This document shows, piece after piece, positions 40,742 to 50,640 of a stretch of 64,000 nucleotides of DNA (its first letter is position 1; the number at the start of each line of letters is the position of its first letter). A program made the translations under genes and the position numbers. The stretch lies in contig CAWBQK010000015.1 in NCBI GenBank assembly GCA_963791045.1, positions 160,001-224,000 of the forward strand. The letters run 5' to 3'. The notes under the pieces were generated by a model, which was not told where the DNA came from, searched no databases, and saw nothing but the letters and a program-made list of their open reading frames with translations. Origin of the DNA: Candidatus Latescibacterota bacterium (GTDB lineage: Bacteria; Krumholzibacteriota; Krumholzibacteriia; WVZY01).

Positions 40742-41608
40742 TCAGATCTCGATTACGCCGACGGCTTGTTTGACCTTGAGATCAATATCGTCGTCCGATT
40801 CAATCCGCCCGAGAACCCGCCGGTGAATGTTGATTTTGCCGGCCGTCCAGTCGCCGCCCAGGTGTTTGTGGCCGCCGATGCAGTGTGTCACCTTGGGGTG
40901 GGCTTCGAGGATCTGGCCCAGCCGCTCACTCCCCGTGTAGGCGTCAAGATAGTACGGGGGGTTCGAACGCGGCAGGCCGGCGACAAACGGGAGCGTGTGA
41001 ATCACGGCAATGATTCTCTCGACCTCGCCTTCTATCTCGCGAATGTGGGTGTCGAGCAGTTCGGCCATCTCACCGCAAACCGCGGGATCCCACATCCGGT
41101 TGAGCGGCGCGTCGGGGAACTCGGCCTTCGACGGCGACCAGAAAGTCATTTTCTGATCCCACCAAATTTCGTCGCCGTATCTTCCCTTCCAATAATCCTC
41201 CTCGGACAGGCCGAGTCTCGAATCGGCGAATGTGTAGTCGTACCACCCCATCGAGCCCACGAAACCGATCCCGTCGATCACGACGGGACCGTGCCCGAGG
41301 TCATCAAAGCCGAGGCGTTGGCAGGCTTCGGGGATAAAGAGTTCGTACTTGGCACGGCTGTCGAGCATCTTGCCGGCGTAGGTTTCCGTCCACACATCGT
41401 GATTGCCGGGAACGAACATCCGCCGGGCATCGATGCCGTCGAAGAGCGTCAGTGTTTTCTCGAGAGCACGGAGCGTGTTGCCCGCGTCGCCCCCGATCAC
41501 AACAACGTCCGGGGAGAACTGCGCCATGCGTTCGGCGACACGCTTCGTCGCGTCGGGGTTCCACTTCGAGCTGTCGATGTGGAGATCTGATGTAAAAGCA
41601 ATTTTCAT
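40742..41608 (-). CDS. Calcineurin-like metallophosphoesterase
   Basis: MKIAFTSDLH, IGGD, PGNHD, IHTLP and GGHKH. Confidence 0.88.
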   Translation of the reverse strand: MKIAFTSDLHIDSSKWNPDATKRVAERMAQFSPDVVVIGGDAGNTLRALEKTLTLFDGIDARRMFVPGNHDVWTETYAGKMLDSRAKYELFIPEACQRLGFDDLGHGPVVIDGIGFVGSMGWYDYTFADSRLGLSEEDYWKGRYGDEIWWDQKMTFWSPSKAEFPDAPLNRMWDPAVCGEMAELLDTHIREIEGEVERIIAVIHTLPFVAGLPRSNPPYYLDAYTGSERLGQILEAHPKVTHCIGGHKHLGGDWTAGKINIHRRVLGRIESDDDIDLKVKQAVGVIEI

Positions 41609-41769
41609 TAGAATTAAGCTATAGCCCCTATCTTGCCATCGAATCAACACCAATTTTTGTGCCTCGGCGGCCGCAACTCGATTCCGCTTGCCCCCCGCGG
41701 GCAGCGTTATTACCATTCTACTGCTTATAATTATGTGAAATCACCCCCGCATCCGGAGGCTCTTTTGAA

Positions 41770-42615
41770 ATGAACGCGATAAAAACAACCGCCCTTATGG
41801 CTCTCATGACCGTACTCCTCGTATTTATCGGCTCGCTCATCGGCGGGCGCAACGGCGCGATCCTGGCATTTGTCGTCGCCGCGGTTATGAATTTCATCGC
41901 CTACTGGTCGAGCGACAAGATCGCCCTCGCCCGTTACAAGGCCCAGGAGGTCACCCGCGAACAGGCGCCGAAGCTCTATGGCATAGTCGAAACGCTCGTC
42001 GCGCGCGCCGGGCTCCCCATGCCCAGGGTTTATGTTATCCCATCGCAAACACCAAACGCATTCGCCACGGGCCGCGACCCAAATCACGCCGCCGTCGCGA
42101 TCACCGAGGGCGCGCTCGGTCTCTTGAACGAACGTGAGATAGCCGGTGTGATCGCACACGAACTCGCTCACGTCAAAAACCGTGACATCCTGATATCCTC
42201 GATCGCCGCGACGCTGGGTGGCGCGATTACGATGCTCGCCATGTGGGCCCGTTTTGCGGCGATATTCGGCGGCGGCCAGGGTGGAGATGGGAGGCGGGGC
42301 GGCGGACTCGAACTGCTCGTGATGGCTATCGTCGCACCCGTCGCGGCAATGTTGATCCAGATGGGAATCTCGCGTTCGCGCGAGTACATGGCCGACGCAT
42401 CCGGCGCACGATTCGCCGGCAACTCGGACGGGCTGGCCAGCGCACTCCTAAAACTCGACGACTGGGCCACGCGCCGGCCGATGAACGCGTCGCCTACGAC
42501 GGCTCACATGTTTATCATCAACCCGCTCAGCGGCGGCGGAATGGCCAAGCTCTTCAGCACGCATCCCCCGACAGAGGAACGCGTCCGCAAACTCCGCGAG
42601 CTTCGAGTAGGTTAG
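41770..42615 (+). CDS. htpX: Zinc metalloprotease HtpX (M48)
   Basis: [28 protein letters not shown] and [10 protein letters not shown]. Confidence 0.95.
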   Translation: MNAIKTTALMALMTVLLVFIGSLIGGRNGAILAFVVAAVMNFIAYWSSDKIALARYKAQEVTREQAPKLYGIVETLVARAGLPMPRVYVIPSQTPNAFATGRDPNHAAVAITEGALGLLNEREIAGVIAHELAHVKNRDILISSIAATLGGAITMLAMWARFAAIFGGGQGGDGRRGGGLELLVMAIVAPVAAMLIQMGISRSREYMADASGARFAGNSDGLASALLKLDDWATRRPMNASPTTAHMFIINPLSGGGMAKLFSTHPPTEERVRKLRELRVG

Positions 42616-42636
42616 GCTCGACATATCTTGAGTCGC

Positions 42637-42761
42637 GGCGGCGACAAACACTGTGTTGGCTCCGCGCTCTCCGCTGGCGGTCGGCTAACCGTCGGCCAAG
42701 CCGACGGTGGATCCTCCCTGGCTCCGAGCAATGCTACGCCAACACAGTGTTTGTCGCCGCC
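42637..42761. repeat. 125-bp element bounded by a perfect 24-bp inverted repeat
   Basis: GGCGGCGACAAACACTGTGTTGGC (42637-42660) and its exact reverse complement (42738-42761), with an internal hairpin. Confidence 0.9.
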
Positions 42762-42806
42762 ACCCACGCGAATCGGCGAATAAGCAGGGAACTTCTGGGA
42801 CAGGAC

Positions 42807-42843
42807 AAAAGAAAACGCCCCCCGGTGTCCGCTATGGGGGGCG
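42807..42843 (-). terminator. Probable intrinsic terminator of the TPR gene
   Basis: CGCCCCCC/GGGGGGCG stem followed by TTTTCTTTT on the minus strand. Confidence 0.6.
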
Positions 42844-42896
42844 CTTGTCTATGCGCGGATGCGCATGGGCCAAACCACTGATCTGTGAGTGAAAAC

Positions 42897-44072
42897 CTAT
42901 TCCGACATCTGGCTTGCCATTATCTTCTCACGCTTAATATGCTCCGACTGACGCGCAATCTGTTTCCTGGCGTAATCACTCCACGGCTCTTCCTGGAGTT
43001 GAACGGCTTTCGAAAACTTCTCTATCGCACCGTCATAATTCTTTGATTTCTCCAGAATCTTGCCCCAGAGAGAATACAGCCATGCTTCCTGGCTTCCCCG
43101 GCCGATGCCCTCTTTTATCGTCTCGACCGCACTGGCCGTTTGGCCGGTCGACATGTAGCAATCGACGAGCGGCCCGTAGAGATCGTCCATCTCGCCGCCG
43201 AGCGATGCATACTTCTCGAACGCGTCGCGCGCTTTCTTCTTCTGGTTCAGCTTATAATGGGCGACACCGAGATTGCGGTACGCGTTTACGTTTTCCGGTT
43301 CGAGCGCTACAAGTTTGTTGAGCGGATCGATCGCTTTCTCGAATTTCTTTTCCTTTATATAAACCACACCGAGCTTGCCGAGAAACTCCGTGTTCTCCGG
43401 GTCGAGTTCGATAGCTTTTTCAAGCAGATCGGCAACGGTGCCGTTGCCGCCGCGTTTTGCCTCGACCTTTGCGAGCGCCACGATTACATCGGCGTTTTCC
43501 GGATCGGCGTCCAGCACGCGTTTGTAATAATGAGATGCCGCGTCGAAGTTGCCAAGCTTGCTTTCCAGATAACCGAGCTGTTTGAGCGCGTCGATATCTT
43601 CACGGTTGGACTCTAGAATCGTCCGGTAACAATCCTTGGCGTCGTCGTACTCGCCGAGACGAATGTGGTTGTACGCCATTCTCGAAAGCACGTTGTGTTT
43701 GTCCGCGCCGAGTTCAATCGCCTTGCCGTAGGCTACGTTCGAACCGGCAAAGTCCGATGTCGCCGTACAGCAATATCCAAGAAGCATCCATCCCTTCAAG
43801 AACTCGGGATACATTTCGGTCAGTTCGGCCGACGCTTGTTTGGCCGCTGTGTAGTTTTCCGATTGGAGATGGCTCTCAACCGTTGAAACCATTCCGTCCG
43901 CTTTTGTCGCGAACGCAGGTTCCCCACCAATCGTCGGCAAACTACTGTAGGAATCTGCTGACGCAAAAACCGGACTGATTTCAAATATTGAAGTTGGAAT
44001 AACACCAGCGACGATAAAAATCGCCCCGGTCAGGAGAGCACAAACGAATGTCTTGTACACGGTAGATGTCAT
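42897..44072 (-). CDS. Exported tetratricopeptide-repeat protein
   Basis: Hydrophobic N-terminus and repeated LG.....A...Y..AL.LDP.N motifs. Confidence 0.9.
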   Translation of the reverse strand: MTSTVYKTFVCALLTGAIFIVAGVIPTSIFEISPVFASADSYSSLPTIGGEPAFATKADGMVSTVESHLQSENYTAAKQASAELTEMYPEFLKGWMLLGYCCTATSDFAGSNVAYGKAIELGADKHNVLSRMAYNHIRLGEYDDAKDCYRTILESNREDIDALKQLGYLESKLGNFDAASHYYKRVLDADPENADVIVALAKVEAKRGGNGTVADLLEKAIELDPENTEFLGKLGVVYIKEKKFEKAIDPLNKLVALEPENVNAYRNLGVAHYKLNQKKKARDAFEKYASLGGEMDDLYGPLVDCYMSTGQTASAVETIKEGIGRGSQEAWLYSLWGKILEKSKNYDGAIEKFSKAVQLQEEPWSDYARKQIARQSEHIKREKIMASQMSE

Positions 44073-44098
44073 ACTTAAACCCTTTGATACGTTGTCTA

Positions 44099-44114
44099 AA
44101 CAAGTCCCGTGCCA
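44099..44114 (-). promoter_or_regulatory. Possible sigma-54 promoter
   Basis: TGGCAC-GGGAC-TTGTT, with GT in place of GC at -12. Same spacer as the site at 22662. Confidence 0.5.
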
Positions 44115-44540
44115 AAAAGTCCTTATGTTTCAATAGCCTCAGGGATAATCCTACGAAGGCTTGTGGGGTTGGTGGTGGAGCCATTAATAATTAGTTGTAT
44201 TTACTGGTGTTTGTCAAGGATTTCCACGCTAAAAAAATCGATAAATATTTGCAATAATTTGGCTTGACGAACTCGCGCTCTCGCATTATAAGCGCGGGTT
44301 CGCCCTCAAACAGGTGCGCAATATTGGGCAAACTGCCCATGATGTTTACACCGCAAGTGATCAAAAAAAGCACGGTGCACGGGTGTGATTTCAAAAATGC
44401 GCGGCAAACCGGGGAGGGGCGCTTGACTTCGCGGCGGTTCATCCTATTATTGACGTTCGCACAAACACCCGGAGAAACCCGTCGATAGACCAAACGTTTT
44501 CAGTCGATTGTTCCGCCGTTTCCGAATCGGAGGACCCACG

Positions 44541-45107
44541 ATGCGCGGCTCAATTTCTTTTGTGAAGGTTCGACGGTGTGTCTTGTCCTGCCTCATTATA
44601 GTAGTGACTATCGCGGCCGGCTGCGGACCAAAGCAGCCGAGCTGGTATAAACCATCCTACCCCGGCGCCACATTCGTCGCGCTCTCCGACATCGAGTTCG
44701 ATGACGGCGACACGTTCAAAATAAAAGGAGAGTCGATCCGCGTCCTCGGAATCGACACACCCGAGATCGCTCACCCGGAAATGGGGAGACATGAGGATCA
44801 GCCATTCGGAGTCGCCGCGTCCGATTCGACCAAAGCGTGGATGACCCGGGCGCGTGTTCTCGAGGTCGTCATTGCGGGGCGCGACCGTTACAAACGACAG
44901 CTTGCCCATGTTTTTATTGACGGTGAACTTCTCGCATGCGAGTTGATCCGCCACGCGCTTGCGTACGAGACGGTGAGTCACTACGGCGACAATGGATTTC
45001 CCGATCTCGCGCAGGAGATTCTCGACACAGCGCGCACGTCGCCCAAACCCCAATTCCAACAACCGTACAAATGGAAAGCGAAATACAAGAAGAAGAGCAC
45101 GCACTGA
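44541..45107 (+). CDS. Thermonuclease (SNase) family lipoprotein
   Basis: GGAGG SD, lipobox AAGC, DGDT, IRVLGIDTPE and DRYKRQLAHV. Confidence 0.9.
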   Translation: MRGSISFVKVRRCVLSCLIIVVTIAAGCGPKQPSWYKPSYPGATFVALSDIEFDDGDTFKIKGESIRVLGIDTPEIAHPEMGRHEDQPFGVAASDSTKAWMTRARVLEVVIAGRDRYKRQLAHVFIDGELLACELIRHALAYETVSHYGDNGFPDLAQEILDTARTSPKPQFQQPYKWKAKYKKKSTH

Positions 45108-45142
45108 CGACGCCGGCGCCGCACGGCAGCCGTCTCGAGGGG

Positions 45143-45955
45143 TTATTCGAGTGATTTGATAAACGCGCCGAGACCGTCTGTGTAGAGAGCGCCTGACTCG
45201 ATGAACCCGCCGTTGTGATCACCGCGGATTTCGAGAAGTCGTTTGGGTTCGAGGGCGAGGTCGAAGACACGTTGCCCCAACTCGAACGCGACGATTTCAT
45301 CCTGGCGGCTGTGGATGAAGAGCTTCTTGCACTCAACCCGGGTGATACTATCGGTCGAGTCGAAACGAACCCTCAGGAGCCGGCGCACGGGGAGCAGCGG
45401 ATAAGCGCGGGCGCCGACATCGGCCAGGGACGGGAAGCACGACTCCAGGATGAGTCCCCTCGGAGGAAACTCCGCCGCAAGGTCGACCGCCACCGCGGCG
45501 CCGAGCGAGCGGCCAAAAAACAAGATGTTCCGGGGCGCGATGTTTTGTTTCTCCACGAGAAATTGGTACGCCGCGCGCGCGTCCGCATACACCCCCTTCT
45601 CCCCCACCGATCCATCGCTTCGTCCGTATCCCCTGTAATCGACAATAAAAACCGACAGACCCAGGTCGTGAAATATCCGAATCGACTCGAGTCGGTGCGA
45701 TATATTGCCCGCATTGCCGTGAAAAAACAGAACGACGAGTTCGGATTCTGCGGATGGGACGAACCAGCCGTGGAGACGAATCCCGTCGGACGTGTCAACG
45801 AACACGTCGTCGTAGGGCATCCCCGCGTGCGTGGGGTCCGCGACCATCGCTCGGTCCGGGAAAAACACCATTTTCTTCTGGAATACAAAGGCGAGCAGGC
45901 AGACAAGGACATAAATCCCGGCCAGAATGGCGAGTATCATCATCGGATGGCGCAT
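45143..45955 (-). CDS. Membrane-anchored alpha/beta hydrolase
   Basis: FFHGNAGN, DYRGYGRS, GRSLG nucleophile elbow, DEIV and GDHN. Confidence 0.92.
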   Translation of the reverse strand: MRHPMMILAILAGIYVLVCLLAFVFQKKMVFFPDRAMVADPTHAGMPYDDVFVDTSDGIRLHGWFVPSAESELVVLFFHGNAGNISHRLESIRIFHDLGLSVFIVDYRGYGRSDGSVGEKGVYADARAAYQFLVEKQNIAPRNILFFGRSLGAAVAVDLAAEFPPRGLILESCFPSLADVGARAYPLLPVRRLLRVRFDSTDSITRVECKKLFIHSRQDEIVAFELGQRVFDLALEPKRLLEIRGDHNGGFIESGALYTDGLGAFIKSLE

Positions 45956-46086
45956 CGTCCCCCTAATGTGGTATTATGTGCCGTCAGTGGTTTTGACCGA
46001 CAGCCCGTTGTCCGATCTTCTTCGGACCCGCCGACCTCAAGAGACAAACAACCGCTTACCGCGAAGGATCCAAAAAGGAGAGGCCC

Positions 46087-47241
46087 ATGGCCGACACGTA
46101 CAAAGATATCGAGACAAAACTCATCCACTCCGGCGAATCGCCTCGCTTTGAAGGCGCCGTCACCACGCCGGTGTTTCAATCCGCCATGTTCGAGACTTAC
46201 GGCGGCGAAGGCTATCACGACGTCAAATACATTCGTCTTAACAATACCCCAAATCACGAGGTTCTCCACAAAAAACTCGCGGCGATAGAAAACGCAGAAG
46301 CCGCGCTGGTTACATCGAGCGGGATGGCGGCGATCACAACGGCGCTCCTCTCCACCTTGAGTTCCGGAGATCATTTTCTTATTCAGAACACACTCTACGG
46401 CGGCACCGACACATTCGTCACAAACGACATCCCGCGCTTCGGGATTGAATTTGACTTCATCGATCCGCTCGACCCCGGTTCGTGGGAGTCAAAGCTCAAG
46501 CCGAACACGAAAGTGATCTACGTCGAGACGATTTCCAACCCGTTGGTCAGCGTCGGCGATCTCAAGGCGATCAGCGCGTTTGCAAAGGCTCACAAACTCA
46601 TATCGATGATCGACAACACTTTCGCCAGCGCCGTCAACTTCAGACCGATGGAGCACGGCTTTGACATGTCGCTTCACAGCTGCACAAAGTATCTCAACGG
46701 TCATTCGGACATCGTCGCCGGCGCGATTATTGGCAAGTCTGATCACATCGCCAGGGCCAAGCTCATGCTCGATCATCTTGGTGCGACGCTCGACCCGCAT
46801 GCGTGCTTTCTTTTGCAGAGGGGGATGAAGACGCTCGCCCTCCGCGTGGGCCGGCAGAATGAAAGCGCGATGAAGATCGCGACATTTCTCGAAAACCACG
46901 AAGCCGTGGCGAAGGTGAACTACCCGGGGCTCGAATCGAGTCCATATCACGCACTTGCAAAAGATCTCTTCGACGGTTTTGGCGGGATGCTGAGCTACGA
47001 AGTGGCCGGCGATGTTGACAAGGCCGATCGTTTTCTGAAGAAAACTACGATTCCACTCGTGGCGCCGAGCCTCGGCGGCACCGAGTCTCTTCTCACCCGT
47101 CCGGCCGTCACGTCGCACGCGGGAATGGATCCGGCGGCGCGAAGGAAAAAAGGAATCGTCGACACATTGATCCGTATGTCCGTCGGAATCGAGTCGGTCG
47201 ACGAGTTGATCGCCGATCTCGACCAGGCGCTCGCCGGATAG
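46087..47241 (+). CDS. Cys/Met metabolism PLP-dependent enzyme (cystathionine/methionine gamma-lyase family)
   Basis: SSGMAAI, YGGT, ETISNP, DNTFAS, HSCTKYLNGHSD and SLGGTESL. Confidence 0.93.
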   Translation: MADTYKDIETKLIHSGESPRFEGAVTTPVFQSAMFETYGGEGYHDVKYIRLNNTPNHEVLHKKLAAIENAEAALVTSSGMAAITTALLSTLSSGDHFLIQNTLYGGTDTFVTNDIPRFGIEFDFIDPLDPGSWESKLKPNTKVIYVETISNPLVSVGDLKAISAFAKAHKLISMIDNTFASAVNFRPMEHGFDMSLHSCTKYLNGHSDIVAGAIIGKSDHIARAKLMLDHLGATLDPHACFLLQRGMKTLALRVGRQNESAMKIATFLENHEAVAKVNYPGLESSPYHALAKDLFDGFGGMLSYEVAGDVDKADRFLKKTTIPLVAPSLGGTESLLTRPAVTSHAGMDPAARRKKGIVDTLIRMSVGIESVDELIADLDQALAG

Positions 47242-47265
47242 CGGATAATTCGAGGTTGGACGCGA

Positions 47266-48505
47266 ATGGAAATCTTACTGATTGAACCCTTTTTCACGGG
47301 TTCTCACGCCCAATGGGCGAACGGGTACGCCCGCCACAGCGAACACAATGTGCGGACGCTCAGTCTGAGCGGCGCGCATTGGAAGTGGAGAATGCACGGC
47401 GGGGCGGTGACGCTCGCGCGCAAGTTTCTCGAAGTCCACCATCGCCCGGATCTTCTGCTTGCCACCGACATGCTCGACATGACGACGTTCCTCGCGCTCA
47501 CGCGGGCGCGAACGGCGGAGATCCCGACGGCGATCTACTTCCACGAGAATCAGATCAACTACCCTTGGTCACCCAAGGACCGCGATCTCCACCGCGAGAG
47601 GGACAAACACTACGGATTCATAAATTTCGCGTCGGCCCTCGCGTGCGACCGTGTGTTTTTTAATTCGCAGTACCATATGGAATCGTTTCTCTCGGAGCTC
47701 CCCGAGTTTTTGCATCAATTCCCCGATCACCAGGAAATGGGACAGATCGATCAGTTGCGCGAAAAGTGCTCCGTTCTGCCACTCGGTTTCGAATTTTCAA
47801 AACTCGACCTGCCGGGGGGCCGGCCGGGATCAACACCAGCGCCGTCGGCCGCAACGACGGCCTCTCGCGTCACGGCGCCGCCACGCCCGACGGCCGTGCA
47901 GGGTCAAACGCCCGGCGCGGGGGCGCATCCGGCGCGGCGGAATCGAGCAAAGAGGTCGACAACCGGCCGCCTCTTATCCTGTGGAACCACCGTTGGGAAT
48001 ACGACAAGAATCCTGAAGAGTTTTTTGAAGCGTTGAAGATCGTAAAGGCGGCGGGAATGGAATTCGAGGTCGCGCTTCTCGGCGAGAGTTTCGACGTGAT
48101 TCCCGATTGCTTTGCCCATGCCGAGGTCCAACTCGGCGATCGCATCGTGCAGTTCGGGTACGCGGAGACCCACGAGGAGTACACGCATTGGCTCCATCGC
48201 GCCGACATCCTCCCCGTCACCTCCAACCAGGATTTCTTTGGCGCGGCGGTGATCGAGGCAGTGTACTGCAACTGCTTCCCGCTTCTTCCCAACCGGCTCG
48301 CATTCCCCGAGTTGTTCCCCCCGAACTCAGGCCCTCCTGCTTCTACAAGGATTCCGGAGATCTCATTCGCCGTCTCGGAACGGCCATCCAGCAGATCGAC
48401 CGGCTCCGGAAAATCAGCTTTAAGCCCATCGCCGAGAAATATGACTGGCGCCACATGGCACCGATATACGACGCCACCTTCCAGGACCTCGCGGCCCCGA
48501 AGTGA
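47266..48505 (+). CDS. DUF3524 / GTDC1-like GT-B glycosyltransferase split by two homopolymer frameshifts
   Basis: GSHAQW, WKWRMHGGA, YFHENQ, FNSQYH, then ILWNHRWEYDKNPEEFF, QDFFG, then KYDWRHMAPIYD. Frames change at G6 (47814-47819) and C6 (48317-48322). Confidence 0.85.
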
Positions 48506-48568
48506 CGATTGACACGGGGAACCAAATCGAGCAAGATATGTGTTCCCTCAAAAATGAAACGGAAGCCG

Positions 48569-49492
48569 ATGACAAACGAGACAGAAATTATGGTACGCCC
48601 GAACGTGGCGGCCATCGACGCGATTCTTGGCAAAACATTCAAGGTCCTCGATGACGGTTTTGTGCGTGTCGTGGATTACATGGGCTCGGACGGCGCCATC
48701 GTTCAGGCGGCCCGGGTCTCGTACGGCGCGGGCACAAAACGCGTGACCGAAGACCGCGGACTGATCCGCTACCTGCTCCGCAACCGTCACACAACTCCGT
48801 TCGAGATGTGTGAAATCAAACTCCATGTCCGCGTGCCCATGGATTGCTGGCGGCAGTGGATCCGGCACAGGACGGCAAACGTCAACGAGTACTCGACACG
48901 GTATTCGATCGCAATCGACGCGTCACAACGCACACCGGCGGCCGACTGGCGCAAACAAGCACTCGGCAACAAACAGGGCAGCGAAGGATTTCTTGAAGAG
49001 GATGCGGGCGCCGCGCTTTCGCAACAAGAGCTCGAAATCCAGAACACGAGCCGCGCGGTATACCAGGGACGGCTCGACGCCGGCGTCTCGCGCGAGCAGG
49101 CGCGCAAGGATCTGCCGCTCTCGACGTACACCGAAGCATACTGGAAGATCGATCTTCACAACCTGCTTCGGTTTTTGTCGCTGCGAATGGACGAACACGC
49201 CCAGATAGAAATCCGCGAGTACGCAAATATGATCGGCGAACAAATCGTCGCCGCCTGGTGTCCGATCGTTTGGGAAGCGTTCCTCGACTACCAGATGAAC
49301 CACCTGAGCTTCTCGCGTCTCGAGATAGCGATCGTAGACGCGCTCGGCCACGGCGACGCCGAAGCGGCCGTCGAACTCGCGAAGGGTTACGGCTGGCTCG
49401 AGATGGGCAAAAAGGGACTCAAGCGCAACCGCGAACGCAGCGAATTCGAAACCAAGCTCGCTCGCCTCAATCTTTCGATTCCGTGGAAGTAG
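48569..49492 (+). CDS. thyX: Flavin-dependent thymidylate synthase (start uncertain)
   Basis: IVQAARVSY, HTTPFEM, RQWIRHRTANVNEYSTRYS, REQARKDLP and HAQIEIREYA. Confidence 0.96.
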   Translation: MTNETEIMVRPNVAAIDAILGKTFKVLDDGFVRVVDYMGSDGAIVQAARVSYGAGTKRVTEDRGLIRYLLRNRHTTPFEMCEIKLHVRVPMDCWRQWIRHRTANVNEYSTRYSIAIDASQRTPAADWRKQALGNKQGSEGFLEEDAGAALSQQELEIQNTSRAVYQGRLDAGVSREQARKDLPLSTYTEAYWKIDLHNLLRFLSLRMDEHAQIEIREYANMIGEQIVAAWCPIVWEAFLDYQMNHLSFSRLEIAIVDALGHGDAEAAVELAKGYGWLEMGKKGLKRNRERSEFETKLARLNLSIPWK

Positions 49493-49496
49493 GGTC

Positions 49497-50630
49497 GTGA
49501 TGTTCGGAAAACGCTTCGACCTTTTTACCTTGTTCGGCTTCCGGGTTGGCATCGACACCAGCTGGTTTTTTCTCGCCGTCCTCGTCACGTGGTCGCTCGC
49601 CACGGGCATCTTCCCCTCATGGCACCCGCATCTCGCATCGGTGACCTACTGGGTTATGGGCGCCCTCGGGGCGGTCGGGCTTTTCTTCTCGATCGTTTTT
49701 CACGAACTCGCCCACTCCCTCGTCGCCCGTCAACACGGTGTCATGATGCGTGGGATCACGCTCTTTATTTTCGGCGGCGTCGCGGAGATGACCGACGAAC
49801 CGCCCAGCGCGCGCGCCGAGTTTCAGGTAGCCGTCGCGGGGCCGTTGGCGAGCCTCCTCATCGCACTCGTCTGTTTTACATTCACGTTCTTCGGCAACAT
49901 GCTCGGTTTTCCGGAGCCATTGATCGGCGTTATCAATTATCTCGGTCTGATTAACGGCGTGCTCGTGCTCTTCAACCTGATTCCCGCGTTTCCGCTCGAC
50001 GGCGGCCGCGTCCTGCGTTCGTTTCTGTGGCACTGGAAGAAAGACCTCTACTGGGCGACCTACATCACGTCGAGAATTGGCGTGGGGTTTGCGTTTGTGT
50101 TGATCGCGGGCGGCGTGCTGCGCGCGATCATGGGCGATATAGTCGGCGGGATTTGGAGTTTTCTGATCGGGATGTTCCTTCGCGGCGCGGCGAACATGTC
50201 ATACAAACAATTGATGATGCGGCGTTCGCTCGAGGGCGAGACCGTCCGCCGCTTTATGCGATCCGACCCGGTCACGGTACCCGCGGAAATACAAGTTCAG
50301 GATCTCGTCGCGGATTATGTTTACAAATACCACTACAAGATGTTTCCCGTAATGGATGGGGGGAAGCTTTTTGGATGTGTGCGCACAAGAGAAATCAGGG
50401 CGCTCCCGCGGGAGACATGGGCGCGGTACACGGTGCGTGAAATCGCCATCGCGACCTGCGATCAGAACAGTATCGGCCCCGACGTCCACGCGATCCACGC
50501 GCTGGCAAAAATGAACCAGACCGGGGCGACGCGGCTCCTCGTCATCGAACACGGCGAACTTGTCGGTGTGATTACGTTGAAGGATCTTCTGCAGTTTCTC
50601 TCGCTAAAAGTCGATCTCGGCGATTCCTGA
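49497..50630 (+). CDS. Site-2 protease (M50) with CBS domains
   Basis: HELAH, AVAGP, NLIPAFPLDGGR and a C-terminal CBS pair. Confidence 0.93.
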   Translation: MMFGKRFDLFTLFGFRVGIDTSWFFLAVLVTWSLATGIFPSWHPHLASVTYWVMGALGAVGLFFSIVFHELAHSLVARQHGVMMRGITLFIFGGVAEMTDEPPSARAEFQVAVAGPLASLLIALVCFTFTFFGNMLGFPEPLIGVINYLGLINGVLVLFNLIPAFPLDGGRVLRSFLWHWKKDLYWATYITSRIGVGFAFVLIAGGVLRAIMGDIVGGIWSFLIGMFLRGAANMSYKQLMMRRSLEGETVRRFMRSDPVTVPAEIQVQDLVADYVYKYHYKMFPVMDGGKLFGCVRTREIRALPRETWARYTVREIAIATCDQNSIGPDVHAIHALAKMNQTGATRLLVIEHGELVGVITLKDLLQFLSLKVDLGDS

Positions 50631-50640
50631 CGCGGTCCCG

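Noticed and set aside
44320-44420. c-di-GMP-I riboswitch (GGCAAAC)
   Set aside because: No GNRA-capped stem followed by ACGCAAAG and no receptor stem.
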